From the NCBI GenBank assembly GCA_902541365.1, contig CACBQK010000001.1, positions 37,600-101,599 of the forward strand: a stretch of 64,000 bases of DNA. The letters run 5' to 3'. Made by a program: the position numbers and the translations under genes. The notes under the pieces were generated by a model. That model searched no databases, was not told where the DNA came from, and worked only from the letters and a program-made list of their open reading frames with translations. Source of the stretch: an uncultured SAR86 cluster bacterium (GTDB taxonomy: Bacteria > Pseudomonadota > Gammaproteobacteria > Magnimaribacterales > D2472). Shown piece after piece: positions 1-8,943 of the stretch; the first letter of the stretch is position 1, and each line of letters starts with the position of its first letter.

Positions 1-362
1 TTAAAAAGCGCAATCTCCCATTCTCTTGTTTTATTTATTTGATCTACATCATCAATACAAATTAAATTAAGTTCACTTACCCCCTCAAGTATAGAAGTAT
101 CAAGGTTTATAGCTTCTTTCATAGGGATATAAATTGATGAATTATTATAATTAGAAAAATCATTGCATATAGCCTGAAGCAAGTAACTTTTTCCATTACT
201 GCCTAGATCGTCTATAAATACCTGAGCCCCACTGTCTGAGCTGAATAGAATATTTTTAAGGACTTGAATAGTTTTATTATTATTCTTAGAAACAAAGAAA
301 TTATTCAAAGATGCTCTTTCATTAATTTGGATTTGCAGAGCAAGTTGGCGAGGATTAGACAT
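1..362 (-). CDS. hda: Hda (DnaA-related AAA+ regulatory inactivator), N-terminal part; gene runs off the window start
   Basis: Minus-strand ORF with ATG at 362..360. Translation is MSNPRQLALQIQINERASLNNFF...LGSNGKSYLLQAICNDF...LNLICIDDVDQINKTREWEIALF. It matches the Hda pattern (QLxL, degenerate P-loop, L-x-C-ID-x-[VI], W-E-x-A-[IL]-F). It lies beside purMN as in E. coli. It is absent from the ORF track because it is truncated. Confidence 0.7.
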   Translation of the reverse strand, partial: MSNPRQLALQIQINERASLNNFFVSKNNNKTIQVLKNILFSSDSGAQVFIDDLGSNGKSYLLQAICNDFSNYNNSSIYIPMKEAINLDTSILEGVSELNLICIDDVDQINKTREWEIALF

Positions 363-903
363 TTTGTTTGATGAAATTACTATTAAGCCACCATCGAAAA
401 TAACTTATAAGGCTAAATAATGAAATAGAACCTATTAAAATATGGAAAATCTGAACATTTATATTCACATTAAAGATTTCAAAGATTATCAAGCCTAAAA
501 TATAAATTATTTGACATGCAGTGGTTATCTTTCCAATTAAATTTGGAGATGGAGTTTTTTCTGTGATTGACATCTCGAATGCTGCTCCAAGAAGAATAAG
601 CAAGTCTCTGAGAACAAAAATTACAAAAACTGATAGTGGAACAATTTGATTCAACCAAAGTGCAGTTATTGAACCAATCATAAGAAGCTTGTCAGCAACT
701 GGATCCAAGATTTTTCCTAAATCTGTTTGCCATTTAAAAAATCTAGCTAGAAAACCATCCATGGCATCTGAAATTGATGCGACGGCAAATAAAATCAATG
801 CCAAAATGTATTTCCCAGCAAGAAGATTAAGAACTATTGGAATGACTAAAGATATTCTTACTAAAGAAATTAGGTTAGGTATAAATCTTAAATAATGCTT
901 CAT
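355..903 (-). CDS. CDP-alcohol phosphatidyltransferase family protein (PgsA-like)
   Basis: 182 aa and polytopic. It carries the exact family signature D-G-x2-A-R-x8-G-x3-D-x3-D (DAMDGFLARFFKWQTDLGKILDPVADK). The stop overlaps the hda start by 8 nt. Confidence 0.85.
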   Translation of the reverse strand: MKHYLRFIPNLISLVRISLVIPIVLNLLAGKYILALILFAVASISDAMDGFLARFFKWQTDLGKILDPVADKLLMIGSITALWLNQIVPLSVFVIFVLRDLLILLGAAFEMSITEKTPSPNLIGKITTACQIIYILGLIIFEIFNVNINVQIFHILIGSISLFSLISYFRWWLNSNFIKQNV

Positions 904-1895
904 GTAGAATTTAGTGATGCATGAATTAGTCCTGTCGCAGTTCTTTCGATTGAAAAATCTTTATGTGTTTGAACGGACTTCTTGAATTGATCTTCCGTAC
1001 CAAAGATTATTAAAGAAAATGATATTTCATTTTGCTGAAATGATTTAATTGAGTATTCTTTTATAGAAATCATTTTATCTAAAGCATCTAAAAGATTATC
1101 TAAATGTTCAGCTGAAGAAACTTTAGCAACCTTCATCGCTAACTTCCTTTCAGAATTATCCAGAACAAAGTCATTAAGATAATCTATTGATAAATTCTCA
1201 AATAAAGATCTAATCCTTCCAGTAACGCCATCAATATTTTCAAAAAATGATATCTGGTCTTTATAACTAATTGACCAATTATTGATTCCTGATCTTGAAA
1301 TAATTAATGATTCAAGATAATCATACTTATATTGATCAAAGTCATTGTAATTCTCGTTCTCAAAAAAGTAATTCTTATTATCTATGTTTATTGTGTTTTG
1401 AGGAAATTCAAAAAATAGTCCACGTTTTTCTGAAATATCATCAAAAATTTTTTTTATTGACGATTCTAGTCTTGCTTCGTAAGGTATTGACTCTATTTTG
1501 AAGGGTTTATCGAAGCCATTATCAATTTGGATATCTAAAAAAATAATTGGTCTATTTCTTCCAATAAAATTAATACCATTATCAATAAGTTGATCCATTA
1601 CAATGTCTTCTTCAAATGAAGCTTGAAGAAAGTTACGATCATTATTTCTTACAACAGCATATCTAATGAGAAAATCTTTTGAGTCAAAGTTACCTTTGAT
1701 CATTTTTGCTTTTTCAAGATCCTCATAACCTATGAGTCTAAAAACAAGATTATTAAATGCACGATCAATAGAATTTTCTATGTTCTCATTTTTAATTTCT
1801 ATTGTAATTTTAAAAAGATCATCAAAATCCTTTGCAAAAATATGATTAGAAAAGATAATGAGTAGGAAAATACTTTTTAAAGTGACTATCTTCAT
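900..1895 (-). CDS. Secreted hypothetical protein (positional equivalent of the DUF2066 proteins between purM and hda in other gammaproteobacteria)
   Basis: 331 aa with an N-terminal signal peptide (MKIVTLKSIFLLIIFSNHIFA) and no catalytic motif recognised. The family suggestion rests on synteny only. Confidence 0.55.
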   Translation of the reverse strand: MKIVTLKSIFLLIIFSNHIFAKDFDDLFKITIEIKNENIENSIDRAFNNLVFRLIGYEDLEKAKMIKGNFDSKDFLIRYAVVRNNDRNFLQASFEEDIVMDQLIDNGINFIGRNRPIIFLDIQIDNGFDKPFKIESIPYEARLESSIKKIFDDISEKRGLFFEFPQNTINIDNKNYFFENENYNDFDQYKYDYLESLIISRSGINNWSISYKDQISFFENIDGVTGRIRSLFENLSIDYLNDFVLDNSERKLAMKVAKVSSAEHLDNLLDALDKMISIKEYSIKSFQQNEISFSLIIFGTEDQFKKSVQTHKDFSIERTATGLIHASLNST

Positions 1896-1923
1896 ATATT
1901 TATTTTAAGGTACAAGAGCAATA

Positions 1924-2937
1924 ATGAAAAACGATCCCTATAAGAAAGCTGGTGTTGATATACAAGCAGGAAATAATTTAGTAGATAAAATCAGAAAGGA
2001 TGTGGCTAGTACTTTCGATAAAAACGTATTGGGCAGTATTGGCAGCTTTTCAGGTTTTTATTCTCTTCCCAAAGGTTTTAAAAATCCAGTTCTTGTTGCT
2101 TGCACTGATGGAGTAGGCACGAAAGTCGCTCTAGCCCAAAAGAATTCTTCACTCGGAACTATTGGGCAAGACTTAGTTGCAATGTGCGTAAATGACATGA
2201 TTACTTCTGGAGCACATCCGCTATTTTTTCTTGATTATTTTGCTTCTTCAAAACTTGATGTCACTGAAACCTCAATAGTTATAAAGGGAATTGCAAAAGC
2301 ATGCAAAAAAACTAATTGTTCTCTTATTGGTGGCGAGACTGCTGAAATGCCAAATCACTATATCGGTAAAAATTTTGATTTAGCGGGATTTTCAGTTGGT
2401 ATTGTTGAAAAAAATCTGATTATTGACTCCTCAAAAGTGAAAAAAAATAACATCATCATTGGTATTGAATCAAGCGGGGCGCATTCAAATGGTTACTCAT
2501 TGATCAATAAATTAATCAAGGAATCAAAATTGAGTAAGACTGAAAAAGAGAAATTAATTGAGCTTGCTTTGAAGCCAACTCATTTATATACAAATGTAAT
2601 TTTGGATTTAGTAAAAAAGGTGAAAGTTCAGTCAATTGCAAATATAACTGGTGGAGGCCTTACAGAGAATATTCCAAGATCAATTCCTGAAACCCTATCA
2701 TCTGAAATATATTTAAATAACTGGAAGATGCCAGCACTCTTTGCAACCCTCCAAAAATTGGGAAAAATTCAATTAAGTGATATGTTGAGAATATTTAATT
2801 GTGGAATAGGAATGACAGTGGTTATAGAACCCAGAGATTTAGATTCCACCATGAAAGTACTTTCCAAACATAAATTTAAAGGCTATATGATTGGAAAAGT
2901 TATAAATAAATCTTCATCTGCTATTACTTTTCTTTGA
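1924..2937 (+). CDS. purM: Phosphoribosylformylglycinamidine cyclo-ligase (AIR synthetase)
   Basis: 337 aa. Conserved PurM blocks are present (ACTDGVGTKV, GQDLVAMCVNDM, GGETAEMP, ITGGG). It is translationally coupled to purN. Confidence 0.97.
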   Translation: MKNDPYKKAGVDIQAGNNLVDKIRKDVASTFDKNVLGSIGSFSGFYSLPKGFKNPVLVACTDGVGTKVALAQKNSSLGTIGQDLVAMCVNDMITSGAHPLFFLDYFASSKLDVTETSIVIKGIAKACKKTNCSLIGGETAEMPNHYIGKNFDLAGFSVGIVEKNLIIDSSKVKKNNIIIGIESSGAHSNGYSLINKLIKESKLSKTEKEKLIELALKPTHLYTNVILDLVKKVKVQSIANITGGGLTENIPRSIPETLSSEIYLNNWKMPALFATLQKLGKIQLSDMLRIFNCGIGMTVVIEPRDLDSTMKVLSKHKFKGYMIGKVINKSSSAITFL

Positions 2938-3539
2938 TGTTCAAAATAGCCGTTTTAATATCAGGTAATGGATCAAATCTTGAAGCTATTATCAATGCGT
3001 GCAAAAACAATATAATCAATGGATCAGTTGATATTGTCATCAGTAACAATCCAGATGCATATGGCATACAAAGAGCAAAAAATCATTCTCTAAATTATAA
3101 GATCATTGATAACAAAAAATTTGAGACTAGAGAAGACTTTGATCGAGCCCTGGTCGAAGAGTTAAAATATTCAAATCCTGATTTGATTGTTCTAGCAGGA
3201 TTTATGAGAATTTTAACCCCTGTTGTGATCGAAGCCTTCAAAAATAAGATTATTAATATTCATCCATCTTTATTGCCAAAATATCCTGGTTTGGATACTC
3301 ATAATTCAGTTATAAAAAATGGTGACCTAAAACATGGAGTAACAATTCATTTTGTGAATGAAGTTCTTGATGGTGGTCAAATTATCGCTCAAGGAGAATT
3401 GTCTGTTAATCCTAATGAAACAGAAAAGCAATTAAAGAGGAGAATACATTCAATAGAGCATATTTTGCTTCCAAAAATTGTTTCAAAATTTGCCGATGGC
3501 TCAATTGACGTGAATAATATTATTTATGAAGTATTTTAA
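2934..3539 (+). CDS. purN: Phosphoribosylglycinamide formyltransferase
   Basis: 201 aa with motifs ISGNGSNLEAI, LAGFMRIL, NIHPSLLPKYPG and HFVNEVLDGG. It overlaps the purM stop by 4 nt. Confidence 0.95.
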   Translation: MMFKIAVLISGNGSNLEAIINACKNNIINGSVDIVISNNPDAYGIQRAKNHSLNYKIIDNKKFETREDFDRALVEELKYSNPDLIVLAGFMRILTPVVIEAFKNKIINIHPSLLPKYPGLDTHNSVIKNGDLKHGVTIHFVNEVLDGGQIIAQGELSVNPNETEKQLKRRIHSIEHILLPKIVSKFADGSIDVNNIIYEVF

Positions 3540-4227
3540 GAAAACTTTTTTGTTAATCTCTTTTTTTATTTTTCCTGTGAGTTTAGATTGCTCTGATATT
3601 TTTGAATATGAAATTAGATTTAAAAATAAAGTTGGGCCATTCTCGTTCGATGGACTAAAGTCTTTCACAAAGGAAGATAATGATTTTCAGGTAATATTTA
3701 TAGGAGAACATAAAATTCTTAATGCTAAGATCAAACAAGAATCAAAATTTAGTTTTTCGAATTCAAAAGTTTTTCCCAGAGAATATTCACAATTTGTAAG
3801 AATACCCATTAAGGGTGAGCAGATACAAAATATTGCCTTTGACTACAAAAACCTAAAAATCATTTCCTCGGGTGATGTGAATTGGGTTATTAATTTTTCA
3901 GGTGATGAGCGACCTATGGATCCAATTTCTAGTGGCTTTCAAATTCGGCAAAATCTTAAGAAAGGAATTGATGACTTTGAGATCAGTCTTATCAAATTAG
4001 ATGAAGGTACTTTTTACAAAAATTCTTTTAAAGTAGTTGGAAGTACGATATTAGAAATAAAAGATACAAAATATCCTTGTAAAGTGGTTGAGAGAACTGA
4101 TAGAAAAGGTGGCAAGAGTTTATATTATGTTGCTGAAACTTTGGACTATATTCTACTTAAGGTTAAAGATGATAGGAAAGAAAGAAAAATATCAATTGAA
4201 GCTGAAAAAATTCTAAGTTTTGGGTAA
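3526..4227 (+). CDS. Secreted hypothetical protein (possibly DUF3108-like, by position after purN)
   Basis: 233 aa with a signal peptide ([16 protein letters not shown]). The family guess rests only on conserved position downstream of purN in other gammaproteobacteria. Confidence 0.5.
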   Translation: MKYFKKTFLLISFFIFPVSLDCSDIFEYEIRFKNKVGPFSFDGLKSFTKEDNDFQVIFIGEHKILNAKIKQESKFSFSNSKVFPREYSQFVRIPIKGEQIQNIAFDYKNLKIISSGDVNWVINFSGDERPMDPISSGFQIRQNLKKGIDDFEISLIKLDEGTFYKNSFKVVGSTILEIKDTKYPCKVVERTDRKGGKSLYYVAETLDYILLKVKDDRKERKISIEAEKILSFG

Positions 4228-4782
4228 TGTAACTCCAGTTTGACCCTGATATTTACCATCTCTATCCTTGTAACTTACCTCGCATTGTTCATCTGATTGA
4301 TGAAATATCATTTGAGCTACTCCCTCACCAGCATATATTTTTGCTGGAAGATTGCTTGTATTTGAAAATTCAAGGGTAACGTGGCCTTCCCATTCAGGCT
4401 CTAGGGGAGTTACATTAACAATAATTCCACACCTTGCATAAGTAGATTTTCCAAGGCAAATTGTCAGCACATCTCTTGGAATCCTGAAATACTCAACAGT
4501 TCTTGCCAAAGCAAAAGAGTTTGGCGGAATAACACATACATCGGAGTTGATATCAACGAAGCTTTTCTCATCAAAAGATTTTGGATCAACTATCGCAGAA
4601 TGAATATTAGTAAAAACTTTAAATTCATTAGCGCACCTAACGTCATATCCATAACTTGATAGGCCATATGATATCAATCTTGAATTATCATCAGAATACC
4701 TAATTTGATCCTCTTGAAATGGATCAATCATTGCATACTCATCTGCCATTTTTCTTATCCACTTATCTGATTTAATCGTCAT
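4213..4782 (-). CDS. dcd: dCTP deaminase
   Basis: 189 aa colinear with Dcd (SDKWIRKMA..., [41 protein letters not shown]). The 3' end overlaps the convergent upstream gene by 15 nt. Confidence 0.95.
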   Translation of the reverse strand: MTIKSDKWIRKMADEYAMIDPFQEDQIRYSDDNSRLISYGLSSYGYDVRCANEFKVFTNIHSAIVDPKSFDEKSFVDINSDVCVIPPNSFALARTVEYFRIPRDVLTICLGKSTYARCGIIVNVTPLEPEWEGHVTLEFSNTSNLPAKIYAGEGVAQMIFHQSDEQCEVSYKDRDGKYQGQTGVTLPKT

Positions 4783-5368
4783 TTAACTCTATCCTTCCAA
4801 TAATTGATTTTGCTATTGTGTTGCTATCTACATACTCTAACTCTCCTCCAACAGGAATGCCATAGGAAATTCTTGTAACCTTGATATCTTCAACATGATC
4901 CCTTATAAATATTGCAGTTGCATCACCCTCGATAGTTGAACTTAAGGCGAGAATTATTTCTTTTACGCCCTCCTCTCTTATTTTTTCTAATAGTTTAGGT
5001 ATTCCGAGATCGTCTGGGCCTAAGTTATCAAGAGGTGAAAGTCTGCCCATTAAAACGTAATACTTGCCTTTATATCCCCCTGCAGATTCAATGGCTAAAA
5101 GATCAGATGGACTTTCAACTACACAAATACATTTAGAATCTCTTTTTTCATCGCGACAAATATTGCATAAATCATCTGTTGTTAACATCCTACATGAGTT
5201 ACATCTTTGAATATTTTCTAGTGCGCCATTGAGAGAGGTTGCAATCTCTCTTGCTCCACTTTTATTTTTATCAAGAAGGTATAAAGCCATTCTTTGAGCT
5301 GATTTCTTTCCAACACCGGGAAGAACTGTAAGTGCTTTTATTAATTTATCAAGTAAATCGGAACTCAT
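4772..5368 (-). CDS. recR: Recombination protein RecR
   Basis: 198 aa with helix-hairpin-helix [13 protein letters not shown], Cys4 zinc finger CNSC...CNIC, and a Toprim region ([13 protein letters not shown]). Confidence 0.97.
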   Translation of the reverse strand: MSSDLLDKLIKALTVLPGVGKKSAQRMALYLLDKNKSGAREIATSLNGALENIQRCNSCRMLTTDDLCNICRDEKRDSKCICVVESPSDLLAIESAGGYKGKYYVLMGRLSPLDNLGPDDLGIPKLLEKIREEGVKEIILALSSTIEGDATAIFIRDHVEDIKVTRISYGIPVGGELEYVDSNTIAKSIIGRIELNDD

Positions 5369-5370
5369 TT

Positions 5371-6939
5371 CTAACTCTTGATTTTAGTCACAATCTCAAT
5401 TTCACCGTCAAACTCGTCAAGAAAGTCTTTAATTTCAGAATCTTTTGAAAGTTCATTTTTTGTGTTTTCAATTTCTTTTATCTTTTTTTCTTCATTAATT
5501 CTATTTGGTGAAGATGATGAAATACCCTCTTCCAAGCATACTTCAATCTTGCCAAATTTCTGTTTAACTTTTTTCTCAAACTCACTTATTATCTTTTCTG
5601 GAATATCAAGCTGCTCTTTCGATCCACAAAGAGTTATCTTTTGGTCATTAAATTTTAAAAATGAAAGATTACCAAAGTAATTCTTAGCAAATGATGAAAG
5701 TTGCATATTGTTAAACAAATCGGGCCAAGATGAAGAGTCTATTTCATGACTATCTTTTTCAACTTCATTTTTTTGAAGAGTTTCTTTACCTAGACTCTTT
5801 GTTTTGGCTTTATTGATCTTTTTTTTTTGAGTTTTAGCTTCGCCCATATTTATATTTTGAACAGGCTGGAAGGCTAACATTCTCAATATGCACATTTCTA
5901 CAGCTTCTCTTGGTGATGGATGAGTATGAATTCTCTGGAAAGAATTAAGACCAATTTCATAAATAAGCTGACAATACTGCTCATCTATTTTAGATGCCAT
6001 ATGAGCAATGGATTCTTTATTTGAATGTTCAAGAACTTGATGCATAGAAACTTCATGGATATTTGAAATAAGATCTTTTAGAAGGCTTTCATAATCTGGA
6101 TTAAGTTTTTCAATATCAATTAATGTTTCAAATGCATCCTCTTTTCTTCCATCAGTTATGGAGTCAAGTAATTCATGAATTAAACTATCATCAATAGTAC
6201 CTAAAAGGTTTTTTACATCAGCAGCAACTAACTTTCCGTTACCATGAGCAATAGCCTGATCAAGCAAAGTTAAGCCATCTCTTACTGATCCTTCTGCAGA
6301 TTTAGCAACTAAAGATAAAGACTCGCTATCTGATTTGATTCCCTCTTTGTCACAAATTTTTTTGAAGTGTTCTTGAAGCTCATTTGCAGAAACAGCTTTA
6401 AGATTTAGCTGAAGGCATCTAGATATTACAGTTTTAGGAACTTTTTCAGGATCCGTTGTAGCCATTAAAAAGATGACATGACTTGGAGGCTCCTCAAGAG
6501 TCTTCAAAAGAGCATTAAAACTACCTTTAGACAACATATGAACCTCATCAATCAAAAAGATCTTAAATCTTGAAATGCTTGGCGAAGTGTGAACAGATGA
6601 GAGAAGTTCTCTCATATGGTCTACTCCAGTCCTTGAAGCTGCATCTATCTCAAGGAAATCAATACTTTTTCCCTCTTGGATAGATATGGATGATTCACAT
6701 TGGTTACATGGCATTGAAGTTGGTAAATCAGATGACATGCAATTTAGGCACTTTGCAAGAAGTCTTGCAATCGTTGTCTTACCCACCCCTCTAGTTCCAC
6801 TAAAAAGAAAAGCTTGATGAACTCTTTCTTGCTCAATACTGTTCTTGATCACTTGAACAACATGATCTTGACCAATGACTTCATCAAAGGAGTTTGGTCT
6901 ATATTTTCTTGCAAGTACTTGATAAGACATAAGTACCAA
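5371..6939 (-). CDS. dnaX: DNA polymerase III subunit tau (and possibly gamma)
   Basis: 522 aa with YRPNSFDEVIGQ, P-loop GTRGVGKTT, Zn module CLNC...CNQC, a DEVH box and SRC motif (VISRC). Confidence 0.95.
   Translation of the reverse strand: MVLMSYQVLARKYRPNSFDEVIGQDHVVQVIKNSIEQERVHQAFLFSGTRGVGKTTIARLLAKCLNCMSSDLPTSMPCNQCESSISIQEGKSIDFLEIDAASRTGVDHMRELLSSVHTSPSISRFKIFLIDEVHMLSKGSFNALLKTLEEPPSHVIFLMATTDPEKVPKTVISRCLQLNLKAVSANELQEHFKKICDKEGIKSDSESLSLVAKSAEGSVRDGLTLLDQAIAHGNGKLVAADVKNLLGTIDDSLIHELLDSITDGRKEDAFETLIDIEKLNPDYESLLKDLISNIHEVSMHQVLEHSNKESIAHMASKIDEQYCQLIYEIGLNSFQRIHTHPSPREAVEMCILRMLAFQPVQNINMGEAKTQKKKINKAKTKSLGKETLQKNEVEKDSHEIDSSSWPDLFNNMQLSSFAKNYFGNLSFLKFNDQKITLCGSKEQLDIPEKIISEFEKKVKQKFGKIEVCLEEGISSSSPNRINEEKKIKEIENTKNELSKDSEIKDFLDEFDGEIEIVTKIKS
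5810..5829 (-). other. Candidate -1 recoding/slippage site inside dnaX (A10 run containing in-frame A AAA AAG; -1-frame TAA at 5812..5810)
   Basis: Minus-strand codons are CAA AAA AAA AAG ATC AAT AAA, with frame checked against the ORF start at 6939. A -1 slip reads AAA AAA GAT CAA TAA. Confidence 0.35.
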
Positions 6940-6952
6940 ATAATAACATGTA

Positions 6953-7384
6953 CTAGTCTAAAACTGATTCAATTTGGTAAAAAGTAAATCCTTTATTGGA
7001 TAAAAAGTTTTTTTGTTTTTGTAGCTTCCGAAAATCTTTACTAACGCCGTCAGGGAATTTCTTTTTAAAAGATAATTCAGCTATTTTTTCCCAATCATCA
7101 AACTTATCTATCTCTTTAGAAATGAGCGTTTCATATACACCCCTTTTCTCGAGCTCTGCCGAAATCTTAATTGGACCAAAACCTTTTTTTCTTCTTGCTT
7201 GAACATATTCCTCTGTAAATCTGGAATCACTTAAAAGATTCTTTCCCTCTAATTTATCTAAAGTTAAATTGATTTCCTCTTGTGATTCAAAACGATTAAT
7301 TAACTTTAGAAATAGCTCTTTTCTTGAATGCTCTCTTCTTGATAGAAGATCCAAAGCTTTGTTATAAATTTCGGCTGACGCCAT
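6953..7384 (-). CDS. recX: RecA regulator RecX
   Basis: 143 aa. The N-terminus ALDLLSRREHSRKELFLKL is the characteristic RecX opening (A-L-x-L-L-x-R-R-x-x-S-x-x-E-L). It shows a three-repeat helical pattern with GFGPIKISAELEKRGV. Confidence 0.85.
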   Translation of the reverse strand: MASAEIYNKALDLLSRREHSRKELFLKLINRFESQEEINLTLDKLEGKNLLSDSRFTEEYVQARRKKGFGPIKISAELEKRGVYETLISKEIDKFDDWEKIAELSFKKKFPDGVSKDFRKLQKQKNFLSNKGFTFYQIESVLD

Positions 7385-7854
7385 TAATTATTGAATGGTT
7401 GAACTCTGCTTCTATAGTTTGATTTAACTACTTTTACTCTCTGTCCCTCAAAAAAACTATATTTATCTGATACCTCTTGAACAATGGATATGATTCTCTC
7501 ATTATCTAACTCAATAGTTAACTCAATAGCTCTTTTTTCGTTAACCTTAGATCCTATTTCTGAGCCCACAGCAGAGCCAATTAAAGCTCCAATTACACCA
7601 GCGGCAACAGGTGCTTTGTTATTATCCGAAGCTAAATCACCGCCAATTGCTGCTCCTGCAGCTGCACCAAGATCTCTATCGCCTTCGATAACTACTGACT
7701 CTAGTTGAAGAATTGTCCCTAAAAGAACCGTCTCAATCTCACCAGCCTGATATTTTGCAACTGATTCAGGCTTGTATTCTGACATTGAGCACGAAACTCC
7801 TATTAAGAGGATAAAAACCACTTTAATATTTCTAAGAATTTTCATTTTCAACAT
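7384..7854 (-). CDS. Glycine-zipper outer-membrane lipoprotein (SlyB/Pcp-like)
   Basis: 156 aa with a signal peptide and lipobox-like IGVSC. Gly/Ala zipper tracts are present (GAAAGAAIGGDLA, AAGVIGALIGSAVGSEIGS). Confidence 0.65.
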   Translation of the reverse strand: MLKMKILRNIKVVFILLIGVSCSMSEYKPESVAKYQAGEIETVLLGTILQLESVVIEGDRDLGAAAGAAIGGDLASDNNKAPVAAGVIGALIGSAVGSEIGSKVNEKRAIELTIELDNERIISIVQEVSDKYSFFEGQRVKVVKSNYRSRVQPFNN

Positions 7855-8254
7855 TTTTCTCTTCTAAAAGATATTTTTTAGCTAAATCATCCGCAATTGC
7901 ATAATAGAATTTGCCTTTATATTTCCCATCAAGAAGCTTTACTTTTAAAACCTCATTAGAATAGAGTTTTTCAGTAACCTCAATTTCATATCCTTTTTTT
8001 ATTCTTACAAGATCTCTTGAGTCAACTACTGAAAAAACGTCCCAATCATTAAACTCCCTTGCTCTATGGGTGTGATATGCATCAGAAGCAATTTGGTAAA
8101 GCACTTCACCTGAGCCGGTCATAGATCCGCTACTTCTAACATTTAACTTCCAGATTTGGCCAACTTCAATAGAGTCGTCATTTCCAAAAGAATAAAAGCT
8201 TAAAATTAATGGAATAGCTAGTAAAAATTTAAGTGATGTATATTTTGTATTCAT
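7832..8254 (-). CDS. Secreted hypothetical protein
   Basis: 140 aa with a signal peptide (LKFLLAIPLILSFYSFG) and no motif recognised. It overlaps the next gene by 23 nt. Confidence 0.5.
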   Translation of the reverse strand: MNTKYTSLKFLLAIPLILSFYSFGNDDSIEVGQIWKLNVRSSGSMTGSGEVLYQIASDAYHTHRAREFNDWDVFSVVDSRDLVRIKKGYEIEVTEKLYSNEVLKVKLLDGKYKGKFYYAIADDLAKKYLLEEKNVENENS

Positions 8255-8451
8255 ATTTATATAGAGTAGAAAATATTAATTAAGTTCCTTTTATTTTAGT
8301 TATTTCTCAATGTTTTGTAATAAAAATTTTGTTTTTTTATTGTTTTTTTTATTTTTAACCATACTTATTTGTTGTAGGTGCCATGAGGGCTTACATAATA
8401 TTAACCAAGCATGCCATTAAGGATGCTTATTAGTCGCTAAGGAGGACTATT

Positions 8452-8901
8452 ATGTTAAATTTTACTGATCCATTTTTCTCAACTAGAGTTCTAGGATTTG
8501 AATCCCTTTTTGATAGACTTCAAACTCTATCGGAATCTTCTTCAAGATCATCTTATCCACCCTACAATATTAGGCGTGATGGTAATGATATTTTTGTAGA
8601 AGTTGCTGTTGCAGGTCTTTCCAAAGAAGATTTGGATATAGAGCTAGCTGATGGAATCCTTTCAATATCATATGCTGGACCAAATACTCAAGTAGTAAAC
8701 GGCAGCAATGATCTTGTTTATCAAGGGATTGCTCAAAGAGCATTTCAACAACAATTTACATTGTCTGATGATGTGGTTGTAAAAGGTGCTGAACTTATCA
8801 ATGGACTTCTTACTCTATATTTAGAAAAAATAATTCCAGATGAGAGAAAACCTAAAAAAATTGAAATTAAATCACCTAAAAGAATTTTAGGTAAAAAATA
8901 A
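8452..8901 (+). CDS. Small heat-shock protein, Hsp20/alpha-crystallin family (IbpA/B-like)
   Basis: 149 aa. YPPYNIRRDGNDIFVEVAVAGLSKEDLDIELADGILSI aligns with the IbpA core (YPPYN...AVAGF...L.I). A strong SD AAGGAGG lies 6 nt upstream. Confidence 0.9.
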   Translation: MLNFTDPFFSTRVLGFESLFDRLQTLSESSSRSSYPPYNIRRDGNDIFVEVAVAGLSKEDLDIELADGILSISYAGPNTQVVNGSNDLVYQGIAQRAFQQQFTLSDDVVVKGAELINGLLTLYLEKIIPDERKPKKIEIKSPKRILGKK

Positions 8902-8908
8902 GTATGAG

Positions 8909-8935
8909 AAAATGGGGCGTAAAGCCCCATTTTTT
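8909..8935 (+). terminator. Rho-independent terminator of the hsp20 gene
   Basis: AAAATGGGGC-GTAAA-GCCCCATTTTT: a 7-bp GC-rich stem (8912-8918 / 8924-8930), a 5-nt loop and a T-run. Confidence 0.75.
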
Positions 8936-8943
8936 AATTCAAT

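Noticed and set aside
5378-5680. 100-aa plus-strand ORF antisense to the dnaX 3' region
   Set aside because: It gives a low-complexity Ser/Phe/Ile translation opposite the Lys/Glu-rich tau C-terminus and is a shadow ORF.
8402-8451. Possible RNA thermometer in the hsp20 leader (hairpins AAGCAT...ATGCTT at 8407-8428 and TAGTC...GACTA at 8431-8449)
   Set aside because: The SD AAGGAG lies in the 9-nt loop of the second hairpin and is not base-paired. No ROSE or fourU-type pairing of the SD/AUG is evident. I also found no convincing sigma-32 promoter (CTTGAAA...CCCCAT) upstream.
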